Made by a program: the position numbers and the translations under genes | Shown: in pieces, positions 1 through 6,705 of the stretch | Position numbering within the stretch: the stretch's first letter is position 1 | Layout: each line of letters starts with the position of its first letter | NCBI GenBank assembly: GCA_965249135.1 | Contig: OZ252220.1 | Span: 1,216,001-1,280,000, forward strand | DNA length: 64,000 nt | Source of the DNA: Alphaproteobacteria bacterium | Lineage (GTDB): Bacteria > Pseudomonadota > Alphaproteobacteria > GCA-2746255 | Direction: 5' to 3' | Notes under the pieces: generated by a model | What the model was told of the DNA's origin: nothing | The model's database searches: none | What the model saw: the letters and a program-made list of their open reading frames with translations, nothing else

Positions 1-595
1 AACCGCCGTCGCGGCCGATCAGGGGAAAGAAGCGCTTCCAGCGTGAAAAAACGCGCCTGGCCGTGGCCGAATGATTCTCGGCGTATTCCTTCTCCTGGGG
101 GTCCTGCTCGAAAAGGTATTCGTGGGCCACGACGAATTCCTTCACGAATTTCCGATTGACGATCCGAAGATTCGAGATCACCCAACAGCGATCCTCGAAT
201 TCCCAGAAATAGCCGAGGCCGACGAACTCCCCTTCCCGTGTGATGTAGGGGAAAAAGGGAAAGGCCCGGCAGGCCAGCGTCCGATTGTCCCGCTCGCAGA
301 AGGCCGCACCTTTGCATTCGATCGCCTTGCAATCGGCGGCCGTCTCCTTGACGATTTGACGCGTGGCGGCATCGATGGGCTTGAAGCGGTGCCACAGATC
401 CGTCCGCGACTTCAGCAGCTGCCATTCGGAGTTGTGGGCGATGGGCACGGCAGCCTCCGTCGTGCAGCACACCGGCTCGCCACCATTGAGCGGCGCGCAT
501 TTCTTGCCGCAGTCGTAGCGCGAGATGGACGCCTGGAAGCGGTCATAGACCTGCTGGAAATGCGTGGGTTGAAGCTTCAGTTTCTTCTTTGCCAT
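1..595 (-). CDS. Cys-rich protein, YkgJ/CxxCxxCC-like cysteine-cluster family (3' end runs off the window; absent from ORF track)
   Basis: Hand translation from ATG at 595: MAKKKLKLQPTHFQQVYDRFQASISRYDCGKKCAPLNGGEPVCC...CKAIECKGAAFCERDNRTLACRAFPFFPY...RCWVISN; no stop before base 1; the C-x3-C...CC...C-x5-C...CRAFPF pattern resembles YkgJ-type metal/Fe-S chelators. Confidence 0.75.
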   Translation of the reverse strand, partial: MAKKKLKLQPTHFQQVYDRFQASISRYDCGKKCAPLNGGEPVCCTTEAAVPIAHNSEWQLLKSRTDLWHRFKPIDAATRQIVKETAADCKAIECKGAAFCERDNRTLACRAFPFFPYITREGEFVGLGYFWEFEDRCWVISNLRIVNRKFVKEFVVAHEYLFEQDPQEKEYAENHSATARRVFSRWKRFFPLIGRDGG

Positions 596-638
596 GGGCT
601 GGAACATACCAACCGTCGAAAAGGATTCAAGCGAAGAT

Positions 639-679
639 AAAAAAGAAAAGGGGGCGGCCCGTCTTATAAGAACCGCCCC
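639..679 (-). terminator. Rho-independent terminator
   Basis: Minus-strand GGGGCGGUUC-UUAUAAGAC-GGGCCGCCCC then C and UUUUCUUUUUU; the G-U pairs form only on the minus strand. Confidence 0.75.
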
Positions 680-945
680 AATCGGGAAACCGCAGGAACG
701 CGGCGATCGGGCAAATTTCTCACCTTACGGAGCGCCCGGCAGCGATCGCCTTGGCGGTTTTCCTTACCCATCGTTTTCGCCGGGCAAAACCTGGCCGGTG
801 GGAACGCGGGCCGGCCATCCTGCGTTGGCCTGAGAGGAAAGCGCACCGCAGAAACCATGACTTGCCCCGGGGAGCGCGGGCCGGGGGACTTGTTTTCTGC
901 CCGCAACCCCCCGGGGACAAGGTTGGGCTTAAAGAGGCACCCAAA
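639..945 (-). ncRNA. Candidate structured sRNA or cis-regulatory leader with repeated GCG(C/U)UCC motifs
   Basis: Several GC-rich hairpins with C-rich loops (CCCGCGCUCC, CCCGCGUUCCCA), upstream ECF-like promoter, 3' terminator, no credible ORF. Confidence 0.5.
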
Positions 946-977
946 TATTGGATGCCCGCATGCGCATGGAGGTTACA
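946..977 (-). promoter_or_regulatory. ECF-sigma-like promoter (TGTAACC-N16-CATCCAATA)
   Basis: AAC-containing -35 element with 16-nt spacer and CATC -10 element, divergent from the ECF sigma gene; assignment is inference. Confidence 0.4.
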
Positions 978-1019
978 GGGCGGCTTCAAGGGCGGTGGCG
1001 TCTGCGCTAGATTGGCCGC

Positions 1020-1679
1020 ATGAGAGGAAACGCATCGCGGGGCCGCGCGGCGCCACCGCCGGAGGAAGAGCGAGCGCTGATCACGGGCCTGCGCGAGGGG
1101 GACGAAGCGAGTTACGAACGCCTGCTCGAGGCGTATGGCGGGCGGATGCTGGCCGTTGCCCGGCGCATCGTCCGCAACGACGACGATGCGCAGGATTGCG
1201 TGCAGGAGGCCTTCCTGCAGGCTTTTCGCAACGTAGCTCGCTTCGAGGGACGCGCCGCGCTCGGCTCCTGGCTGCATCGGATCGTCGTCAACGCGGCCCT
1301 CATGCGGATCCGCCAGCGGGACTGGCGGCAAGAAACGCCGCTCGAGGACTCGAGCCTGGAGTTCGACGCAAACGGCATGCGCAAGGAGGCCGGCCAGGCC
1401 CTCGTCACCCAGCCGGAGGACCTGCTGGAAAGCCGGGAAACCCAAGCCCTCGTCCGCAGCGCGATCGACGCATTGCCGGCGGATTTCCGTAACGTTCTTC
1501 TGCTTCGCGACATCGAAGAATACGACACCGCCGAGGCGGCGGCCCTGCTTGGGCTCTCCTTAAGCGCGACGAAGACGCGCCTGCACCGGGCGCGGGCGGC
1601 GCTGAAAAAACGGCTCGAAAAACGGCTCGAGCCGGATGGGCCAAACAAGAAAAACATTAACTTTGTAGACCGGACGTAA
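1020..1679 (+). CDS. ECF RNA polymerase sigma factor
   Basis: Region 2 (DAQDCVQEAFLQAF, SWLHRIVVN) and region 4 (FRNVLLLRDIEEYDTAEAAALLG...KTRLHRAR). Confidence 0.95.
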   Translation: MRGNASRGRAAPPPEEERALITGLREGDEASYERLLEAYGGRMLAVARRIVRNDDDAQDCVQEAFLQAFRNVARFEGRAALGSWLHRIVVNAALMRIRQRDWRQETPLEDSSLEFDANGMRKEAGQALVTQPEDLLESRETQALVRSAIDALPADFRNVLLLRDIEEYDTAEAAALLGLSLSATKTRLHRARAALKKRLEKRLEPDGPNKKNINFVDRT

Positions 1680-1686
1680 GAAACCC

Positions 1687-1929
1687 ATGCCGACTTGCCA
1701 AGAACTGGATGATTTTATCGTCGATTACCTCGAAGGGACGCTGCCGGTCTTTCAACGCCTGGTCTTCCAGCTGCACCTCGGCATGTGCCCGAAATGCCGC
1801 ACCTACCTTCAAGGCTATCGAAGGACGGTGCGTCTAAGCCAGGATGCGTATGCAGAGGAAAGCGACGGCCAAGCGATGCCGCCGGAACTGATCGATGCGA
1901 TCCTGGCCGCCCGCCAAGGCGAGATCTGA
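1687..1929 (+). CDS. Short soluble zinc-binding anti-sigma factor (zf-HC2/ZAS)
   Basis: HxxxCxxC motif HLGMCPKC plus N-terminal TCQE; directly after ECF sigma; 80 aa with no TM segment. Confidence 0.9.
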   Translation: MPTCQELDDFIVDYLEGTLPVFQRLVFQLHLGMCPKCRTYLQGYRRTVRLSQDAYAEESDGQAMPPELIDAILAARQGEI

Positions 1930-1965
1930 TCCGGATCTTTGCGCTCAAAGCCCAGACGCTTTGCC

Positions 1966-2376
1966 TTACATATCCGGCATCTTCGGAAATTTCGTGAGAT
2001 CGTCGTGGATCGCATCCCAGGGCTGGGCGGACGACGTGTAGATATGCATCCCCGGCTGGTAGAGGCTCGGGTCATCGAGGCTGCCCGCCTTCACGATGAT
2101 CCCATCCGGCGCCATCTCGGCCAGCGTGAGCACCGGGGAGCCGCAATTCGCGCAGAAGCCCCGCTTGATCCATCGTCCGCTGTCCGCCGTCACCTCGTGG
2201 TACGTCGCCTCGCCCTCCTGGCTAAAACCCTCCTTCGGAAACATCAGGACCGAGGCCATCCCCGTGCCGGAAGCGTGCTGGCAGTCGGTACAGTGGCAAT
2301 TGGCCGCAAGCAAGGGCTCGGCCGAGGTCTCGTAACGGATCGCTCCGCATGCGCAACCACCTGCGTAAGTCGTCAT
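1966..2376 (-). CDS. GFA (glutathione-dependent formaldehyde-activating)/CENP-V family protein
   Basis: GGCACGAIRY, CHCTDCQ, FCANCGS motifs; start at MTTYAGG after GGAGGAAGG RBS. Confidence 0.92.
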   Translation of the reverse strand: MTTYAGGCACGAIRYETSAEPLLAANCHCTDCQHASGTGMASVLMFPKEGFSQEGEATYHEVTADSGRWIKRGFCANCGSPVLTLAEMAPDGIIVKAGSLDDPSLYQPGMHIYTSSAQPWDAIHDDLTKFPKMPDM

Positions 2377-2516
2377 GATCGCCTTCCTCCCGTCTTTCAC
2401 TCATCGCTTGATCGGTTGCCCAATCCTTAGCCCTTAAGGAGGGGTGGAGGCAACCGGACACATCGTCAATCGGCAGGCAGGCGCGCCGAATAGGTCAGCA
2501 CGTCTTTACCGATTCC

Positions 2517-2525
2517 TGTGGATAA
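2517..2525 (-). promoter_or_regulatory. Perfect DnaA box
   Basis: TGTGGATAA, i.e. TTATCCACA on the minus strand, intergenic. Confidence 0.5.
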
Positions 2526-2743
2526 TATCGCACTGCACGCCGAGAAGACCCCAAATCCCACGGAAAAAGTGGCTTTCTCCTTTCGCACTGCAAAACTTTT
2601 TAACCAGTTGTGACTCGACAGAAGGCTAGGATCGAGGGGATGCTTTTAACCACCAAAGCATCTCGAAGAGCAACTGCAGGATAAAAAACGTGAAGGTAAA
2701 ACTGCCCGGCATCGTTTCGTTTTTCTCCGCAGGGGGGGCCGAA

Positions 2744-2818
2744 ATGCCCCTCAAGATTCTATCGGTTCTCGTGATCGCCCTTCTCATGGCACTGACCGTC
2801 TGGACCGGCGGCTGGTAA
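2744..2818 (+). CDS. Putative 24-aa single-TM small protein MPLKILSVLVIALLMALTVWTGGW
   Basis: ATG preceded by AGGGGGGG; hydrophobic core; TAA stop; below the ORF-track cutoff. Confidence 0.5.
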   Translation: MPLKILSVLVIALLMALTVWTGGW

Positions 2819-2825
2819 GCGCCGA

Positions 2826-3470
2826 TTGCAATCGTCCGCGTCGCACCCCAAGAACAGTGGATCTAAGGTCGCGGACGTCGCTGCCGCCTTTCTTCTTCTT
2901 TGTTGCTTCGCCGATCCGGCTTTAGCCGATTTCGAGGCCGGCGTCGCCGCCTTCGAGCAAGGCAACTACGCCCGCGCAATCCTCGAGTTCCAACGCACGG
3001 CCGAGAAGGGGGACGCGCTCGCCCAGTTCAATCTGGGCCTTCTCTATGAACTGGGCCTCGGCACGGAGGCGAACGCGGGCGAAGCCTTAGCCTGGTACGG
3101 CCTCGCGGCAGAGCAGGGAGTGCCGGCGGCGCAAAACAACCTCGGCGCCATCTTTAAGATGGGCCGCGGCGTAGCTCCCGACGACGCGCAGGCCTTCGCC
3201 TGGTATCGCCGGGCCGCCGAACAGGGTTTCACGGAAGCGCAGTACAACCTGGCCGTCCTTTACGACACCGGCCAGGGGGTGGAACGGAATTTGATCGAGG
3301 CGTACCGCTGGTTCAGCCTCGTCGCCGATGGCAAGCCCGCAAGCGATTACCAGGAACTGGCGCGCATAAACCGCGGGATCGTCGCCAGCCAGTTGAGCCC
3401 AGAGGCGCTTCGGCGCGCCCGAGGGTTGACGGAAGCCTGGCGGGCCAAACCAGAAGCGCCCGCAAAATAG
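2826..3470 (+). CDS. Secreted Sel1-repeat (TPR-like) protein
   Basis: Signal-like ALA-DFEAG; repeats AQFNLGLLY, AQNNLGAIF, AQYNLAVLY; start uncertain (TTG). Confidence 0.9.
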   Translation: MQSSASHPKNSGSKVADVAAAFLLLCCFADPALADFEAGVAAFEQGNYARAILEFQRTAEKGDALAQFNLGLLYELGLGTEANAGEALAWYGLAAEQGVPAAQNNLGAIFKMGRGVAPDDAQAFAWYRRAAEQGFTEAQYNLAVLYDTGQGVERNLIEAYRWFSLVADGKPASDYQELARINRGIVASQLSPEALRRARGLTEAWRAKPEAPAK

Positions 3471-3574
3471 ACCGGCCAGGGCGGCATCCGTTGGTTGCGT
3501 GGACGACTTTGAGACTTTAGGCTTTTCCGTGCGATTCGGCGAAAAGCGTAAGGTTGGCGGAAGGCGGCAAGGTC

Positions 3575-3805
3575 ATGACGGAAAAAACAGATCTCTATAA
3601 GTGGGGCTTGCGACTCTTCATCGGGGGAATGTTCGGCCTCGGGTTTCTTTGGACCGCCCACATGGTTGGCTGGCTCTATTCGCTTTTCATGCTGCCGGTC
3701 CGGAGCGTCGGCTGGGTGGAGTGGATGGTGGTCGGCGCCTTCTTCACCGGCGTTTTCTGCCAGTTGATGGGATTCATCCGCTTTTCCCTTGGCGAAAAGA
3801 GCTAG
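3575..3805 (+). CDS. Small two-TM hypothetical membrane protein
   Basis: 76-aa ORF from MTEKTDLY with two hydrophobic segments. Confidence 0.7.
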   Translation: MTEKTDLYKWGLRLFIGGMFGLGFLWTAHMVGWLYSLFMLPVRSVGWVEWMVVGAFFTGVFCQLMGFIRFSLGEKS

Positions 3806-3826
3806 GAAGGCGCGAAAGTGGACGCC

Positions 3827-4471
3827 TCAGAGATCGACGGCATTTAAGCCCAGCGCGCGCTCCCACTTCGTCTCCGCATCGTCATCGAAAACGAGCCGCT
3901 CGTCATAGGGAACGACGATCCAATCGCCGCGCTTAAGCTCGTTCTCGAGCTGGCCGGGGCCCCAACCCGCATAGCCAAGCGCGAACAGGCTTCGCCTGGG
4001 TCCCTTCCCTGCGGCGATGTCGCGCAAGGCATCGAGTTCGACATTGACGGCGACATACGCGTTTACCTCCATGTCGCCGTCATAGAGCCGGTCCGTCGAA
4101 TGCAGCACGAAGTCGGCGCCCGGCTCGACGGGACCGCCGAAGTGGATGTGGATGCGGCCTTCCACGCCTTCGCCTTCAAGGCCGAAGCCCTCGAGCAGGG
4201 CCTTGGCGGGGCCGGTGCCAAGGGGCCGGTTGACGACCAGGCCGAAGGCGCCTTGGGCGGTGTGGCGGGCGATATAGATGACGGTCTCGGCGAAGATGGA
4301 CCCCTTCATCTCGGGCATGGCGACCAGGAGAAAGCCGGTGAGATCGCGGCCTTTGGGCGCCGGGGCCTCGGGAAGTTCGGCGCCTTTGTTCGCGGACAAG
4401 GGCGCGGCCAGGCCGAGCGCCGCCAGCAGCAGCCCCACTGCAAGGAACCCGCGGCGTGCGTAAGAGATCAT
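3827..4471 (-). CDS. YqgE/AlgH (DUF179) family protein with N-terminal signal-like extension
   Basis: LLVAMP, GAFGLVVNRP, FGGPVE, LGYAGWGPGQLENE motifs; start MISYARRGFL. Confidence 0.92.
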   Translation of the reverse strand: MISYARRGFLAVGLLLAALGLAAPLSANKGAELPEAPAPKGRDLTGFLLVAMPEMKGSIFAETVIYIARHTAQGAFGLVVNRPLGTGPAKALLEGFGLEGEGVEGRIHIHFGGPVEPGADFVLHSTDRLYDGDMEVNAYVAVNVELDALRDIAAGKGPRRSLFALGYAGWGPGQLENELKRGDWIVVPYDERLVFDDDAETKWERALGLNAVDL

Positions 4472-4507
4472 TTTGATGCCTTCCGATGTTCGAAAGCACA
4501 TGGAAGA

Positions 4508-4584
4508 TGGTGGGCCCGGCAGGATTCGAACCTGCGACACGACCGTTATGAGCGGCCAGTTCTGACCAACTGAACTACGGGCCC
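4508..4584 (-). tRNA. tRNA-Ile2 (anticodon CAT, lysidine type)
   Basis: GGGCCCGTAGTTCAGTTGGTCAGAACTGGCCGCTCATAACGGTCGTGTCGCAGGTTCGAATCCTGCCGGGCCCACCA cloverleaf with encoded CCA; location downstream of rpoD is typical of ileX-type genes, though elongator Met is not fully excluded. Confidence 0.92.
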
Positions 4585-4608
4585 TTAAATTTTAAGGATA
4601 GACCCTGA

Positions 4609-6666
4609 TCACGTGTCGAGGAAGCTGCGCAGCTTGCGCGAGCGCGAAGGGTGCTTCAGTTTGCGAAGCGCCTTCGCTTCGATCTGGCGAATGCGTTCGC
4701 GGGTGACGGCGAATTGCTGGCCGACCTCCTCAAGCGTGTGATCCGTGTTCATGCCTATGCCGAAGCGCATGCGCAGGACCCGCTCTTCCCGGGGCGTCAG
4801 CGAGGCAAGGACGCGGGTCGTCGTCTCCCGCAAATTCCCCTGGATCGCCGCGTCCAGCGGCTGGACGGCGTTCTTGTCCTCGATGAAGTCGCCCAAGTGG
4901 CTGTCTTCTTCGTCCCCGATCGGGGTCTCGAGGCTGATCGGCTCCTTGGCGATCTTCAGCACCTTGCGCACCTTCTCGAGCGGCATGCTGAGCTTCACGG
5001 CCAGCTCCTCCGGGGTCGGCTCGCGGCCGATCTCGTGCAGCATCTGGCGCGAGGTGCGCACGAGTTTGTTGATCGTCTCGATCATGTGGACCGGGATGCG
5101 GATGGTGCGCGCCTGATCGGCGATCGAGCGGGTGATCGCCTGGCGGATCCACCACGTCGCATAGGTCGAGAACTTGTAGCCCCGGCGGTATTCGAACTTG
5201 TCGACCGCCTTCATGAGCCCGATGTTCCCTTCCTGGATGAGGTCGAGGAATTGCAGGCCGCGATTCGTGTACTTCTTGGCGATCGAGATGACGAGACGTA
5301 AATTTGCTTCGATCATCTCCTTCTTCGCCTGATTGGCCTTCTGCTCGCCGTCCTGGACCGTGCGCACGATGCGCCGAAACTCGCTGATGGGCAGTCCCGC
5401 CTCTTTCGAAACGTCGGTAACCTCGACGCGAATTTCCTTGATCTCGGGTCCGTGCTTCTTCGCGTAATCCTTCCAGCCGCGCGCCTTCAGGCGCGCTGCG
5501 CGCCGCAGCCAGTTCGGGTCCAACTCGCGCCCGAGGTAGCGCTCGAGAAAATCCTCGCGCTTCACCTTGCAGGCCACGGCCAGGCGAAGCATGCGGCCTT
5601 CCAACATCACGAGGCGCCGGTTCAGGATTTTCATGTAGTCAACGAGATCTTCGATCCGCGCGTTGTTGAGGTGGACGTCTTCCATCAGCTCGATGAGGTC
5701 CGTCTTCAGCCGTTCGTAGCGCTTCTCCTGGGCGGGACTGGTTTTCTGCGCGCCCTGCAACGCCGTGAAGCGTTTTTCCTGAAGGCGATGGAACTTCTTA
5801 TAGGTCGAGGCAATCTCGTCGAAGATCTCGAGGGTCTCGGGCATCAACTCTTCTTCCATCACCGCCAGCGAGACGGGGGCTTCTTCGTCTTCGTCGTCGT
5901 CGCTTTTTGCCCTTTCTTCCTTTGCCCTTTCTTCCTTTGTCCTTTCTTCCTTTGTCCTTTCTTCCTTTGTCCTTTCTTCCTTTGTCCTTTCTTCCTTTGC
6001 CCTTTCTTCCTTTGCCCTTTCTTCTTCCTTTTCCTCCTCGAAGCCTGCTTCGAATTTGTTCTTGTCCGCCTCTTCTTCGGCCGCCGCATTCGTGCCGCCA
6101 TAGGTCGCATCCAAATTGATGATGTCGCGGAGAAGGATCGGGCCCTCGATCAAACCCTGCCGCCAATCCACGATCGAGCGAATCGTGGTCGGGCTTTCAC
6201 AGATCCCGCCAATCATCTTGTTGCGCCCCAACTCGATCCTTTTTGCAATCGCAATCTCGCCTTCGCGGGAAAGAAGCTCGACGCTGCCCATCTCGCGGAG
6301 ATACATGCGAACCGGATCGTCCGTCCGCCCAAGCTCGGAATCGTTGTAATTACCGGCGGTGTTGCCTTCTTCCTCCTCTTCTTCCGCTTCCTTCTTCGCG
6401 TCCGCGGCGCCGTCTTCGCCTTCCTCGGTTTCGACGAGGTTGATGCCCATCTCCGACATCATTGCCATGATGTCTTCGATCTGTTCGGAGGAGGCCTGTT
6501 CCGACGGCAGGGCCGCGTTCAGTTCGTCATAGGTGACGTAGCCGCGCTCTTTGCCGCGGGTGAGCAGTTTCTTGACCGCCGCGTTCACGGTATCGATGAG
6601 CGGTGGATCGCCCCTCGTTTCGTCTGATTTTCTGGTTTCCGTTGCCGGTGCCGTTTTCGCAGCCAT
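4609..6666 (-). CDS. rpoD: RNA polymerase sigma factor RpoD
   Basis: [55 protein letters not shown]. Confidence 0.99.
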   Translation of the reverse strand: MAAKTAPATETRKSDETRGDPPLIDTVNAAVKKLLTRGKERGYVTYDELNAALPSEQASSEQIEDIMAMMSEMGINLVETEEGEDGAADAKKEAEEEEEEGNTAGNYNDSELGRTDDPVRMYLREMGSVELLSREGEIAIAKRIELGRNKMIGGICESPTTIRSIVDWRQGLIEGPILLRDIINLDATYGGTNAAAEEEADKNKFEAGFEEEKEEERAKEERAKEERTKEERTKEERTKEERTKEERAKEERAKSDDDEDEEAPVSLAVMEEELMPETLEIFDEIASTYKKFHRLQEKRFTALQGAQKTSPAQEKRYERLKTDLIELMEDVHLNNARIEDLVDYMKILNRRLVMLEGRMLRLAVACKVKREDFLERYLGRELDPNWLRRAARLKARGWKDYAKKHGPEIKEIRVEVTDVSKEAGLPISEFRRIVRTVQDGEQKANQAKKEMIEANLRLVISIAKKYTNRGLQFLDLIQEGNIGLMKAVDKFEYRRGYKFSTYATWWIRQAITRSIADQARTIRIPVHMIETINKLVRTSRQMLHEIGREPTPEELAVKLSMPLEKVRKVLKIAKEPISLETPIGDEEDSHLGDFIEDKNAVQPLDAAIQGNLRETTTRVLASLTPREERVLRMRFGIGMNTDHTLEEVGQQFAVTRERIRQIEAKALRKLKHPSRSRKLRSFLDT
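5906..6024. repeat. 15-nt tandem repeat, ~8 copies, inside rpoD (encodes KEER[A/T])
   Basis: Unit TTTG(C/T)CCTTTCTTCC read directly from the sequence. Confidence 0.97.
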
Positions 6667-6705
6667 GAACTCGCTAGCCCCTCTTAAAACGCGAATGCTT
6701 TTTTT

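Noticed and set aside
71-640. 189-aa plus-strand ORF from the track
   Set aside because: Antisense shadow of the minus-strand Cys-rich gene; no recognisable motifs
826-840. CUCUCAGG on the minus strand suggesting a glycine riboswitch
   Set aside because: The other conserved aptamer elements (GGAGA, GCCGAAG) are absent
1-4507. Genomic island integrated at tRNA-Ile2
   Set aside because: No integrase and no duplicated tRNA 3' end seen, with similar composition; an island boundary outside the window cannot be excluded
5906-6024. Repeat array as a CRISPR or mobile element
   Set aside because: Head-to-tail units with no spacers, in frame within rpoD, and no cas genes
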